The position numbers and the translations under genes were made by a program. The notes under the pieces are model-generated. The model was not told where the DNA came from. It did no database searches and saw only the letters and a program-made list of their open reading frames with translations. A DNA stretch of 48,878 nucleotides, the filler included, from Bipalium vagum (taxonomy: Eukaryota): the NCBI GenBank assembly GCA_037834085.1. It is 2 parts of 2 records of this genome, joined end to end, with 100 filler letters (N's around TTAATTAATTAA, not from the genome) between each part and the next. Parts side by side here need not be neighbours in the genome. Positions count along the whole stretch, not along the records: positions 1 to 27,756 come from JBBMKC010080598.1; 1 more part is not named here. One strand, 5' to 3'. Within the stretch, counting starts at the first letter, position 1; every line of letters begins with the position of its first letter. Of this stretch, positions 13,014-26,099 are shown one piece after another.

Positions 13014-13146
13014 NNNNNNNNNNNNNNNNNNNNNNNNNNNNNNNNNNNNNNNNNNNNNNNNNNNNNNNNNNNNNNNNNNNNNNNNNNNNNNNNNNNNNNN
13101 NNNNNNNNNNNNNNNNNNNNNNNNNNNNNNNNNNNNNNNNNNNNNN
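13014..13146. other. Assembly gap (133 N)
   Basis: Run of N next to an AT microsatellite, inside FRS2 intron 1. Confidence 1.
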
Positions 13147-13355
13147 ATAAATAAATTACCAAAACGTTTTCCTGGCTTTTGTCTATTTGTTGAGAATGAG
13201 TCTACCCTCATTACTTCCCTGGGTCGGTTGAAAAATGTAGCCAACCTTTCACATGAACAATAGTCCAAGAACAGTGGATACCACAAATACATTGCGCGAA
13301 ACCTCGTGAAACAAATGTGACATTTATTTTATTGAACAATATGGATTTTATTGTG

Positions 13356-13437
13356 AAAATATATGAACCATTTGTGTAAATATTATAAGTCTTTCAATCT
13401 TATTGCAAGTCACAACCAAGAATTTTTAAAAATAATA
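13356..13437 (+). repeat. ~83-bp dispersed direct repeat, copy 2
   Basis: Matches 9758-9840. Confidence 0.75.
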
Positions 13438-14614
13438 AAAAATATTATAACGAAAATATTATTTTTCCAAAATATTTTTTTTTAAAAATAAATAAAATTA
13501 TTTAAAAATTTTATTAAATGAAAAAAATTTAAATTATAAGTGAAAAAGAAATACAGAAAAATTATTTTTAAATAAAACAAGAATAAAATTTAAATTAGAA
13601 TGGTAGTTTTGAAAACTGAGTTTTTATTGGTTATAAATGTAAATTAATAATTGATTGGTCAATTTTTTCTTTATAAATATATTTCATATTTGAGTCATAA
13701 ACTATTCAATGTTGATTCCAAAAGTTATAAAAATTTTCTTTTTCTGATTCTCTATTTCTTATAAAAAATTTTTCAGGAGAACATGATTTGAATTTTATTA
13801 AAAAGGTATAATTGCAAAACACCATCATCATTTTTCAACAAAATTTGGTCCCTCAAAACTTGTAAAATTCAGAAAAAATTATTACTATATATTTTTTGTT
13901 TTGCATAAATAAAGACATTTTCTTGGTAAGAAAATCTCACTTTCAACGCACACGCGTGATATTCATATGTTACAAATTAAAAGAATGACGAAACGAATAT
14001 CTGTTAATTGTAGTTGGAGTGTCATAAGTGATAAAAGTTTCATCATAATACTAAAGTGTTCGGTGGTTGCAACCATATTAAAATCATTACGGAAACAAAG
14101 ATCCATTGATGAAGTTGAGCACAGAAATTGAGAAAAGACAGAATGAACAGGAACGAAGACCGCTTATACTACTTCACGACACCTTCAGTCGTCTTACTAT
14201 TTTATAGATCAGGTGAATGCGGTCTATGTGTCACTAATTCTACATATTTAGAGACTTAAAAATTAAAGTATTATTATTTTATTTTTATTAATTTTTTTAT
14301 TATTATTTATATATTTGAGTTTTATAAAAATATTTCAAATATTAAATAAATAAAATAAAAATGTTATTCGATCCTTTTCATCCCAGGTTGAGAGAAAATT
14401 TTTCAATGATATATAAATATATTAATCAATAAATGGGAACATTGCACGATACAATCGAATGCAATTAATATTTTTAATCATATTTTAAAATTAAGACTCC
14501 CCATTTATGTTCACATTTTCAGTTTTTTAATAAATAAATATTTTTATTAATTATAATCATAACAATTATAATAATCATCATTATTATTACTATCATAATT
14601 ATTACAAAAATTAG

Positions 14615-14910
14615 ATGGAAGAGACAAGTCTCCAAGTTCTTTGGATACTTCATTGGATGATTCCTCAGACAACTTCCAATACTACAGGAATGTATTTTAC
14701 TTATATTCATCAACCTCACCAACAAGTGACGGGATTGATAATGAATCTGTAGATAGACTCCGCACGTTCGTTTGGCCCATTGAATCCGTCAGACATTTTG
14801 GATTCAAAGACATGTTTTTTTCGTTCGACTCTGGAAGATCCTCTTCAACTGGAGAAGGACGCTTTACTTTTAAAATCAAAAAACTAACTTTGTTTAAATC
14901 ACTATTCCAG
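14615..14910 (+). CDS. FRS2: FRS2-like adaptor, exon 2: C-terminal half of the IRS-type PTB domain
   Basis: Acceptor ttag|AT (phase 1). FVWPIESVRHFGFKDMFFSFDSGRSSSTGEGRFTFK matches the FRS2/DOK signature WxYxxLRRYGxDxxxFSFExGRRCxTGxGxFxF. Donor CAG|GTAGCA is phase 0. Confidence 0.9.
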
Positions 14911-15199
14911 GTAGCAATATATATTTATTTATTTTATAAATGAAAGAAATGTATAACTTTTTTACTAAAAGAAAGGAATGTTTGAACAGTCTTGAAATCT
15001 TCAATATTTTTAGATAAGATATAAAAAATTATTAAGAATGAAAAAGAATTCATTATTTTATTCCTTTATTGAATAAAAATGTAAATAAATAAATCAGAAA
15101 TTAAAGAAATATTGGTTTCATGAAAAAGTATTTGCCTATTTTGCTTTAATTGTATCTTAAATAAAATAATCGATGTTTAAATAATATTTAAAGATCGCC

Positions 15200-16395
15200 G
15201 ATGGATTCAAATTTAAATCAATAAGTTAATTTCTTAAAATGCTTTGTTTTGATATTAATGTTACCAGTATAATATGAAAGATTGAAACATTCATTTGAGG
15301 CATATTTTACTTTTCTTTAATCGGAAACTTTTTAATCAGAGGAATCAGTGCAGATGTCATCTAAAGAAGGTTGTACTATACGATTGGTGGGATTATCATA
15401 AAATCTAATCTTTAATCGAAAACAAAAGAAATCCATCACAAGCTTGCAAAAATTGTGTATCATGATGAATAAAAAGAAAATCAATGTCGCTATTAGTTTG
15501 AGAAAAATCGAAGGAGTTTTTTTCAAAGATAAACAACGATTTGGGCTTCCAATAAATGTAAATGATGACGAAATCAAAGCTTTAATTTTGATTAATAAAG
15601 ATCGTCACAAAACAACGCTTGACATTGCAAGAATGTCAGCGTATCACATGTAATAATCAAAAACCATATCAGGCATATGAGCTAGGTGAAAAAACTCGAT
15701 TTATAAGTTCCTTACCAACTTAAGGAAAGTCTCATTTGATTCACACTTTGAAATCTCCAATCTCCTTATCAAGCTCAACAAAATAGCTCAATTTATATAA
15801 TTGGTAACGGGTGACAAAGAATGTAATCACTACAAAAATTTTCATCTGAAAAGATCATGGTACAAGTCAGAGGAACCAGTGAAGACGTCATCTAAAGAAG
15901 GTTGTACTATACGATGGGTGGGATTATCAATGAATCTAAATTTTGTCAAGCAGACAAAGGATTAGTTCTGATATTTACAATGATCAATTGACAAAGATAA
16001 ATATGAAAATCGAAAACACCCAAAATTGACAAACTTTTCTTCATGACAATTTAAAACCACACACTTTTCCCACTCAGTAAAATTATTAACTCTTGATTGG
16101 GACTTATCGACACATCTGCCATATAGGTCAGACCTCGTCCACTTTGATTACCATTTGTTTAGGCTCATGCAAAACTTCTTGAATTGTAAAACTTTTATTA
16201 ACGGTTATGACATCAAATCCGACTTGTTACAGTTTTAGTGAAGGTAAACCAAAAAGGTTTTATGGAAAATGAATTATTTTTCTTTCTGAAAGATGGCAAC
16301 AGGTTCTTGGTAACAATGACAAATATTATTTCATAAAGTTTCATGTCTTTTATTTGTTCAAAATAATCGGCAATTACTTTCTTGCCAACCTAATA
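15200..16395 (+). mobile_element. Decayed mariner in FRS2 intron 2
   Basis: N-terminus MKD*NIHLRHILLF (15274); LVTGDKEC, HDNLKPH and HLPYRSDLVHFDYHLF; right TIR ...GCAATTACTTTCTTGCCAACCTAATA ending 16395. Confidence 0.85.
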
Positions 16396-16619
16396 CATTG
16401 ATTATTTCATAAATTATTAAATACTTCCAGTGGTCTACACAATTGATTTTATATTGTTTTCCCTGAACATATTATGTTGCTGGAAAATTCATGATGCGTT
16501 TTCACCACAAATGGGAATAATTTATTTTTTAAAGTAATATATTTATTTGCAATTATTTTATTGATATATTATTCATCGGTGAATATAACTACTGATGTAT
16601 ATTGATTGATAAAAATCTT

Positions 16620-17492
16620 TATTAGGATTTGTTTTAATTTTCATAGATTTAGGAACTATTTGAAATTGAAGTTGAAAACACACATTTTAGACATGTTTAT
16701 TATTTTATTTTCACAAAAGGAAAAGCTCACGTTAAGGTTTAAAAAATTTGAGCAAAGTGTATGACAATAAGTTTCAAGCAACGTCAATGTCAACAGTGGC
16801 TCAATAAATTCCATTTCATTAGTTGATGCAAATCAGCATTACACGATGTGGAACATTGCTCAAATATTGAGCATTTATAATTCAGATATTCATGATCGTT
16901 TAAAGAGAGTAGAATATATTAGAAGGCTTGGTGTATGGATTTCTCATGAACTCAAAAAAGTTCATTTGAGGGCACACATATACATCTGTGAAAGGCCTTG
17001 GTCCAGACTTTCTAATTCTCCTCAAACGACATTGACAGTCATCAGAAGATGATTATACTCTCCGCTTGTGGGATTGCAAGGGTGTCATCTACTTTGAACT
17101 CTTTCAGAGGAGTACAACTATCAATTAGATTGTGTATTTTTAGCAATTGAACAATTTGGTGAAGTATTATGTACAAACGACCATCATTATAGTGCAAGGT
17201 CACACATTTGATGACCCGACATACTTACCAGACCTTGCGCCATCTCTCTTCAAAATCCCATATGCGGTTCAATTCAATTCAAAATTGAGGCTTTAAAACT
17301 GCACATCTTTCCAGTTTTCGACTATAAAAACAAGTTCTTCTATGAACGAGGAATTTAAAACTCAGCAAAAGAGTGAAAAGGATAATCAAACAGAATGAGA
17401 AAGAAACAACTGGTCGATTGTTGTTTTGTACGTAGATAAATAAACTTTCCAAAGATTAAAAAATGCGTCACGACTTTTCCAACATCCTCATC
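16620..17492 (+). mobile_element. Decayed mariner in FRS2 intron 2
   Basis: THFRHV...; LKRVEYIRRLGVWISHEL (WVPHEL); WDCKGVIYFELF; right-TIR-like CACGACTTTTCCAACATCCT. Confidence 0.8.
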
Positions 17493-18120
17493 ATTTTATG
17501 TTGTTTACACAGTACTTGTGATAAATCAATTGTTTGCAATCTTTATGAAACTTTATAATAACAAGGATGCCAAAAAATGATCTGATCATGTTTTCAGACC
17601 TATTTTAAAAATTATCAAATTTATATTTGAATAATATTAAATATTAATATTATAAAAAATAATACTATTATTAATAATTATATTTAAATTAATAATACTA
17701 ATTATAGTTATTGTGATAATAATATTCTTAATAATAATAAAATTATTAAATTTAAGTATTTCAAATGAAAATTTAAGATACAAGTGTTGAGAGTGTACAT
17801 TACTGGATTTCCAGGTCAAATGAAAGGGAAAGTACATTTACTTGGGTTACTTATTTAAACACTTCGTGAATAATTAAATAATCATATGAGACATTTCTAA
17901 ATGGAAATACCCATGTTATATGGAAAATAAAAATAATAATCAATAAAAACAATATAAATAATAATCAATAATGATAATCAATAAAAATAATAATAATAAT
18001 ATTTTATATTATAGTAATTATCACAATAAATAGACTTTGTTGCAAGGTTAACGTGTTTCGAGATCGTGCACAATTGTTTGCGACAACAGCCGATTAATCT
18101 CCCTATGTTTTTGTTCGTAG

Positions 18121-18249
18121 GCTGCCAAGGAGCGTCTTGTCATCTGCAAGCCAAGCTCAGTCTCTCCGCATCAGATATCACCTGATTATTACAATCTAGT
18201 GACTTCGGATTCATGTCCGATTTACAGAAGTGGTTTGACAGCTGATCTG
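18121..18249 (+). CDS. FRS2: FRS2-like adaptor, exon 3
   Basis: ttgttcgtag|AAKERLVICKPSSVSPHQISPDYYNLVTSDSCPIYRSGLTADL|GTAAGT. 129 nt, phase 0/0, consensus donor, carries a YxN (Grb2-type) motif. Confidence 0.85.
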
Positions 18250-18689
18250 GTAAGTCTTCGTTTTGTCAATGTAATTATTGGATGCTGTTGTTTATATCGA
18301 CTGACTTGACTTCCGGTTCGTTTGCCCTAAATTTGATCATTTTGTCCTATGTTGTCCGATATCAGTATGTTATCACAATATTCTAATGTCGTAATCTAAT
18401 GACGAAATGTGATCATTGGTTAAGAATGTGCCTGTTAAACCATACAAAAAGACAATAGGTGTCTCGACAATTGGGAAGAATTGTGTCTTATTTATTGCCA
18501 CTGGGAATCTTAATAATATCCATTGAAGATAAAGTACTTTTTTGAATGCAAATTTAAGAATCACTATTTGTATTTCTAATGGACCAAAGAGACCTCTACA
18601 AAGAAGAAACCAATACTTAACAACGTTGAACCCCTAAAAGATTTCTTTCTTCGTCGCGATAACTGGTGACGACAAAAAAGGCGATTTTT

Positions 18690-19770
18690 TTTAACTTCTT
18701 CACTACACTGAATTAACTGTTTCCTGAACGTCCTGGGCGAGGTGTACTACAACATTGAAGTCTTCAAACATTTTGTAACAATATTCAATCCTTCTACGTA
18801 ATTGTTCGACATTGGCGACATGCCAATTATTCTTGTATATTACCAATCCTTTTAAAACACTCCAAAAGTTTTCAATCGGATGACATTCAGACAAGCTTGG
18901 AACGTTACCATGCTTCTCTAAAAAAATATTTTTCTCTTTCGAGTCAGCAATAACAGATTTGGCATAATGTACTCTTACCAAATCTACCCAATAGAGATAT
19001 TGGCCATTCTGTATTGAAAGGGATGGTTTTCTTCTTGATGCACTGCTTTAAGTAAATCTTTTGATTAACGACAAAGCCATTCCTCATGAACGTCGATTTA
19101 AGAACATTCTTATCGGAAAAACAAATATGGACCAGTACTTTGGATTCGTATTTCGCAACTGGACTGTAATTGACATAAACAGGGCTTGCAGATCTGTGGC
19201 TTGAGTAATGTCTTATTTCTCTGGATATTGCTGCTGTGCACAGTAAAATAAGATTTATCATCAAGAACGACCGAAATCTTTTGAATTCCCGTCATGGTCG
19301 ATCAGATCAAGGTTGACCAAGTGACTTTTGATGTTCAGATCTCATCTTTATTTTATGTCTGTGAGTATCTCAGCTAACAATATCAATTCTTTATTGAAGT
19401 CTTTCTCGTTATAAACATGTCTTGAAGAGTACTGATACTCTTTTTGAGTATTGATCAATTCTATCACTTTTCTGAACCCTTTCATGTCCAGCTTCATTTT
19501 AAAAACGTGTGATTATTGTATGGTGTTCTGGTGTATTTGTGCTTCTCCAGAATACTGTACTGTGATACTTTTATCTTCAGCTCCATGTTCTAAATAATAT
19601 TTGTACAAGCGGTCTCTGTCCTGCCCTTACTTTATTTTTTTTTAATATCCAAATTAATAAAGATTTAAATGCGCTCCAAAACTTTCATTTATTTAAACAA
19701 ATTTATCTTAGTTTATCTTTTGTAAATAATCCATAATTAAAGATTTTCTCAGTTTTTGTCAGCACCTGTT
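18690..19770 (-). mobile_element. Decayed DD37E-type (ITmD37E/TRT-like) Tc1/mariner-superfamily transposon
   Basis: VVLDDKSYFT (MDDESYF type), DLVRVHYAKSV (DLASxHYA) and NVPSLSECHPIENFW. D-to-E spacing is 36 in this copy, close to DD37E. Confidence 0.8.
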
Positions 19771-20699
19771 TGTTATCAAATCTACAAATAACAAAATATC
19801 CTCAACGAATTTTCTCCAATGAAAACCAAGTTCTACTTTGACTATAATCAGCAAACCATCCTAAATGTCATTCCTGAAGAAATGTCATTTGTCCCAGTTC
19901 TCAAAATTGCAGACAAAAATAAAATAATATAAATAAACAAAGAAAAATATATCCATGATTGTAGGTACCAAATGTTCCCATAATATCTTATGTAATACTT
20001 TGGGGGAAACATATCTTTTGAAGGACTCGACAGCGATTTATGAATTGTGATAATATTTGTTTTAATTAATAATAATAATTAATACAATGTGTGGTCGATA
20101 AAAATAAATTAAAAGAAAATATAAGATATATAAAATTAAACAATAACTTTAATAATAATTATTATTGTTATTATTATATTTATATTTATATTTATATTTA
20201 TAATAATGGTAATAATAATAGTAATAAAAATCTATTTTTTCATATTAGATTTGAGAAAAACGTTTTATGAGAGAAAGTTTGTTTACGAAACCTCCTTAAG
20301 GTTTGACGATATTTGTATATAATTTCACCATGAAAAACAGTGATTATTCAAGTGATTATTCAAATTTCCGTCATGATAAAATTTACTTAATTAATGTTAA
20401 TAAAAAGTTAGAAAGACGTTTTTTTCCCAAAAAAAGTACGTGTTGCATAAAATTTTTTTTTTCAAAGATTAATTAATTTTTTTATTCATTTTATTTTCAT
20501 GGACTGAAAATTTTTTTTTAATTGAAAATGATTCGGATAATTCTAAATTATCAGGTAACCAAAACGGTTCGTCCGTATTTTTATACACAGATTTCCATGA
20601 ATTTGTTGAAGCTGAGTATTTAGGTGGTGTATTTTTTAATGATTTAGTATTAATCCATCTTTATTTTAATCAATAACAGTTTGGATATATTTTCTGAAA

Positions 20700-21480
20700 C
20701 CATATTTCAAATGGACATCAATAAATCCTTAATACGGGCTTACTTATTATACGAATTTAAATTGGATTCCAAAGATATTGAAACGACCCAACAAATATTT
20801 CTTGTGTTCCGTGATCACGCTCTAAGTTCTCAAACTGTATAGAAGTGTTTCAAGAGATTTTCTTTGGATATTACAGCTTGACGGACGAAGCACACTCTGG
20901 AAGACCAATGACCGTAAAACAATTATTCAATCTTAAATAATTTGATTGGAATTAAGTGGAAGTTAAGCAAATGAGTCCACATGAATTGTCAAAAGATAAT
21001 AAACCATGTCTTCTTAGCATATTTTTATTACAAACTGATCACGCAATGAAAAATAATATTTTTCTGATATTTTGTTAACTTGTGACGAAAAGTGAATATT
21101 TTAATTCTAAGCGTTCTTTACATTGGTTATCATCAACCTATCAAATATGTCTTACTTCAAAGGCTTCGTTGCATCAAAAAAAAGATTTTATTGTTTGTTT
21201 GGTGGACTACATTCGGTATTATTCATTTTTGAAAATTTGTCAAACCTTAACCTCTTGGTTATATTTATTGTGAACAGCTAAAGTGCATACAGGAAGAAAA
21301 AAAAAGAAAGAGATATTCTTAAAAGACAATACCATTCCACATTCCGCAAAACTCACTCTGAAACATTTTCTCCTGACATTTTGCCAAGTGATTAACACCT
21401 TTTCTTGGTTCTTGAGAACTTTATCAACCAGTTTATCAGCAGTTTGAAACCTGACTCGAGATAATAAATTAAGTCTGTCA
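20700..21480 (+). mobile_element. Decayed mariner
   Basis: MDINKSLIRAYLLYEFKL N-terminus; SPHEL; LTCDEK*IF; LHQKKDFIVCLVDY; DNTIPH. Confidence 0.8.
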
Positions 21481-21789
21481 ATTTTTTGATGAATTAAGCT
21501 TTTACTGTTTTGTTAAGTAAACTCTACATTATCTGAAGAAACGTGGAACTTTTTGGTTACCTGATATTACTGATTATTGATAATACACAAAAAAGGTTTA
21601 TTTTTAAACAAAAAAAATCCGAATATATTAAGTGCAAAATATGAGTGTGCTTTTTTCTAATTACTCTTATTATTTGGTAACAAAGAAATATGTCAAAACA
21701 ATGTCTTTGTTTGTCTGTAGTGCAGTTTAAGCGCTGTTTACCTTTATGTTGCAGTTTTGAAAAATGGTTGTGCATAATTTTCAACTTTA

Positions 21790-22700
21790 TATTTTGGATC
21801 AAGACATTTCGGCTGAAAAACACCATTTACAGACAGCGTTACTTTATATGTTTAAGAAAAGTGCTGTCGATGCACATAAATTGATTGTCGAGATTTATGG
21901 AAACCATCTGATGAGAATTGTTTCAAGGATTCAAAATCGGTGATTTCTATACGGATGACAAAGGAAGGAAAGTGGATTCCTTATGAATTAACAGAAAGAA
22001 ACAAGCAGCAGAGAAAATACACTAGCACATTTTGATTGAGAAGAATAAAAGAAAGTCTTTCCTTCTTGAGATGAAAAGTGGACTTCTTTCAGCAATCTTA
22101 AGCTTAAAAAATTATGGGTTTGATCAAAACAAGTCGATAAATTCAACCGCAAAATGATATTTTCATGGACAAAAGTTTTATTGTGTGTATGGTGAAATCA
22201 AAAAGGTATTATTTACTATGAGCCACTTAAATCAGGTGAAACTGTTACCGGCCAAGTTATGAAAATCAAGTGATGCATTAAATCAAGAATCCTCAGTAAG
22301 ACGACCAGAACACGCTGCCAACCATGGGAAAACGGATATTACTCCATGACAACGCCCCGTCTCATGTTGCGATAATTGTGAAAGACAAATTAAAAGAGCT
22401 AACTTTAAAAGTATGACCCTGCCCGTCGTACCCACCGCAAACTACTTCGTTGGATTATCACTTGTACCGGCCCATGGCTGTCGAAGCTTAGCTTCGAGAA
22501 TTATGAAGACGTTCAAAAATAGCCAGAGGATTGGATTTCGTCGAAATATAATCAATTTTTCTAAGACAGAATTTACAAATTTCCCAAAGTTTTTGAAAAT
22601 TTTGTCATAAAAGATGGAAATTATTCGTAATAAAAATTTAATTTGTTTTTTACCTTTGTCACTGACCTTTTGAACTATAAAAATGGCGGAGTCACGCCTG
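21790..22700 (+). mobile_element. Decayed mariner (Mos1-like)
   Basis: WIPYELTERNKQQR; DEKW; LLCVW*NQKGIIYYEPLKSGETVTG; LLHDNAPSHVA. Confidence 0.85.
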
Positions 22701-22855
22701 GTCAAAAAATGCAAACGTGGTATAACAATAATTCCGCTTATTTATAATCTGTCTGTCTTCATAATCCTTTATGGAGTATGGAATAGCAGAGAAGGCCGAT
22801 AAGCTTTACAATTTACATTTTATTGTTTGTTTAAAATGTCAATTAATTTATTTAG

Positions 22856-23149
22856 GAACAAATCAAAATTCCTTCCAAAGGAAATAACTTTTTCTTTAAT
22901 AACCGTGGATCCTTGACACCGTCGGCTAAACGAGAGTCTTCAAGCCTGAAATCCTCTCCAATCAACTACTGTCACATCGACTTTTCCGAATCGTACGCCA
23001 ATATCTCGGACATGACTCGAAGCTCTCTTAATCCTCGTCTCGACGCAAAGTCGAATTGGAGGGCCTCTGCCGGCCAGTCTTTGCACTATTTAACCATCTG
23101 CGAAAATCAGACCAAAGCCGTTGAAAAGGTCCTGAAACGAATAAGCTGA
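22856..23149 (+). CDS. FRS2: FRS2-like adaptor, terminal exon
   Basis: tttag|EQIKIPSKG...SPINYCHIDFSESYANIS...SLHYLTICENQTKAVEKVLKRIS*. Phase 0. INYCHIDF and HYLTICENQTKAV parallel the FRS2 SHP2 sites LNYIQVDL and LYAVIDIERTAAM; YANI is YxN. The four-exon splice is 1029 nt and open (342 aa). Confidence 0.85.
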   Translation, partial: EQIKIPSKGNNFFFNNRGSLTPSAKRESSSLKSSPINYCHIDFSESYANISDMTRSSLNPRLDAKSNWRASAGQSLHYLTICENQTKAVEKVLKRIS

Positions 23150-23937
23150 GAAAAATGATTTTTGAAGCAATTCCAGGAAACTCTTCCGTGTACAGAATCA
23201 TGTGTACAGAAAAATATCTTCCATGTTAATATTGTTGCTATACAAACATTATAATCACTTTTGCGAACAAAATGTTGTGACAGCCGTAGGCAGGTTGAAA
23301 TGACAAGTAAACGTTTCCTGTAAACAAGAAAATACAAATTTATGATGGAAACATCATTTCTATTAATATCTTTTCCCTCTTTATTCTTCGATATTTTTAT
23401 TGTTTCTGTTTTTAAGAAATATTTCGCTTTGTCTTTATAACTTATGATAATATATAATTTTTATAAATATTTAGGCCACACTGAAACAATGTCAGATGAA
23501 TACTCAAAATGTAATAACAGGGAAGAAGATAAGTGAAAATAAAATGATAAGATTAGATGAACATTAGGTTGTTTCCAAAGATTCTGAGTTTTCATAGTTT
23601 AATTTCCTTTTATCAGAATAAATATTTTAAATAACAATTCTTAAAAATTGATATTTTACCGTGAAACTTTATTTGTCAGTTTTGTTTAAAAAAACACATC
23701 AACGCATTTATTTGAATTTATAATTAGAGTAAAATCAGTACAGAGGAATTTCAATTCGATGTTTGATCTGTCATTATTCGGAAATTTGATTTATTATTGC
23801 TGCCACCACAGGTTAGAGAATGCACTAAAACATTGGATAAATCAATGTAACCATAATAACCTTTTGATAACGGATGCTTTACCAAAAAGAAAACCATTAA
23901 AATTCGCTACATCTCTCAAAATATATAATTTTAAAGC

Positions 23938-25339
23938 TACCTGAATTTTCTGAATAGAGGCTCACATGTATACAAGTCAACTACGTCCACTATATGGAAT
24001 TTGCATGTATAATTAAGGCCCATGTCCCAGTATTAGGAGAAATAAATGTAAACATTTTTAGTTGCTAATGAGCCACCCTATTATATCATGACATTATCCT
24101 ATTAAGTTTGTCTAGCGAATTTTTATTAATCTATATATCAGGTTGTGTAGTATGAAATTTGTAGGTAATCATTTTACAAATTTGATACTACACAACCTGA
24201 TAGTCTAAAAATAGCTAAAATCCTACACCATCCAGGAAAAACTGCAGTTTGTGGCACACTTAAGGGCAAATAAAAGCCAAAATTTGATATCGCAGCAGAC
24301 AGGCATTGGTAGGATGAATATTCGTCATTAGTTAAAAAACGAATTTGCACGTTTGACTTTTTAGGAAGCAAAAATGTTGATGGTGCTGATACAGTGTACC
24401 GAAAATGCGATACACTGTTTCTTTGACAATATCATTGGATGTATGCACATATGATTAATTTTTGTTGCTTAAAGAAAATTTAAAGTAACAATCCCCCTTG
24501 CATTGTAACAAATCCGTTGTTGTTGTAAACCAACACGCATCAATGAACACAACTATTTGGAAGAATTGGGTGGATATCGTTTTCTGAAAGAGAGGATCTT
24601 ATTTTAATAACACTCGGTCAGTAAAAACTTCTGATCCATATGGAACTCATATGTCGGAAGAAAATTTGAAATATCTTTATAAAAAATATGTATCAACGGC
24701 AGTAATAATTCCAGGAAAAACGACGCACTACATGCATCAACTAAATTTTGTAATAAATTCCAATTTCAAAAATGCTATGAGAAATGAATGGGTGAATTTG
24801 ACTAGAGATGGAACTCGTGAGTTTAGTCAAAAGTGTATCGAAAAAGACCATCTTACCAAAAGATTGTTGGAGTGGTTATTTCTGCCTGTAATTCAATCTA
24901 ACCTAAATCAATTCAGAGAGCATTTAAATGTTGCGAGAAAGCTGCAAATTGACAAGAAGTAAGGTACAATATTTTTAATGAAAAATTGCAAATCATCTTA
25001 AAAACAATCTTGGGCTTGAAACTGATAATGATGATGATATGGAAGTTAGTGACGGAAGTGATCAAGAATTAACAGAATTGGGTCAAGACGATAATAATTC
25101 TCCCATTACTGACTCAGACTGGTCTGATACAACAATTTCTGAATGTTATTAAATTGTATATAACACTGATTAACCAATTATTCCATTGTCCTTATTCTTT
25201 TATTTTTTTATACTATTTATAGTAACGGTCTTTCTAATGTTTAAATATATGAAATTTATATATTTGTTTCCGATTTGACGAGCATACAAAATTTATTTCC
25301 TTTTTGAGGCCCATGTGCCTCTTAACGGAAAATCCGGTA
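23938..25339 (+). mobile_element. Decayed pogo-family (DDE_1) transposon
   Basis: Degenerate TIRs TACCTGAATTTTCTGAATAGAGGC (23938) and GCCTCTTAACGGAAAATCCGGTA (to 25339). IIPGKTTHYMHQLNFVINSNFKNAMRNEW matches IPGGxTxxLQPLDVxINxPFK; acidic C-terminal tail. Confidence 0.8.
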
Positions 25340-26099
25340 CCAAACGCTGGTTAGCAAGACTTTTAAATAGAAAAAACTAAAACTCATAATATCTGAATGA
25401 TGAAATCGGTGCACTCAATCCCCATTATATTGAACAAAATACGAACTGTACACCATAAATTAGATAAATATCAAGCGAAGGATATTTAAAATCTTGACGG
25501 ATATGATTTGTTGTAAACCTATCTACCTATGAGAACAATGTTAAATGAGCTTATGACAGGCACTCGGAAAAGTAAAGTAAATAATAAATAAAAAACCATT
25601 CTGTTATGTTACAATGCAGATGGAGGTGATAAGCGAAAGCCTTCTAGTAATTGAAAAGTACCTGAATAATAAATGTTTTAAAGATTTGAATGTGAACCCT
25701 TTTGTCGGTTATGAATACAGTGGAAGTGACTGGATAGTTGTCATTAAATTCAAAAGTTATGTTCATAAACTGGATGCTGAAATCAAGGCTCAGTCGGAAC
25801 CTAAACTAATTACTGTTATAAAAATTAATGAATTTTATTTTTCAAACCTAATACGACTGGTTTATTACAACCACTAAGCGCTCGGGTTATTCGCTCTTTT
25901 AAAGAGTTTACCATGTGAATTTTATTTTAGATCAATAAACCAAGTATTCCCTAATCCCCTTAAGTCGATCTCATTCAAAGGTTTTTATTTATATGTAGAA
26001 AACTCTGAAAGAATTATCTGTCTGAGCTAGAAAGATTAATTAATTATTTGGTTTTCAAAGGAAACCAGTTTAGTCAAATGGTCTAATATTGTATCAAGT

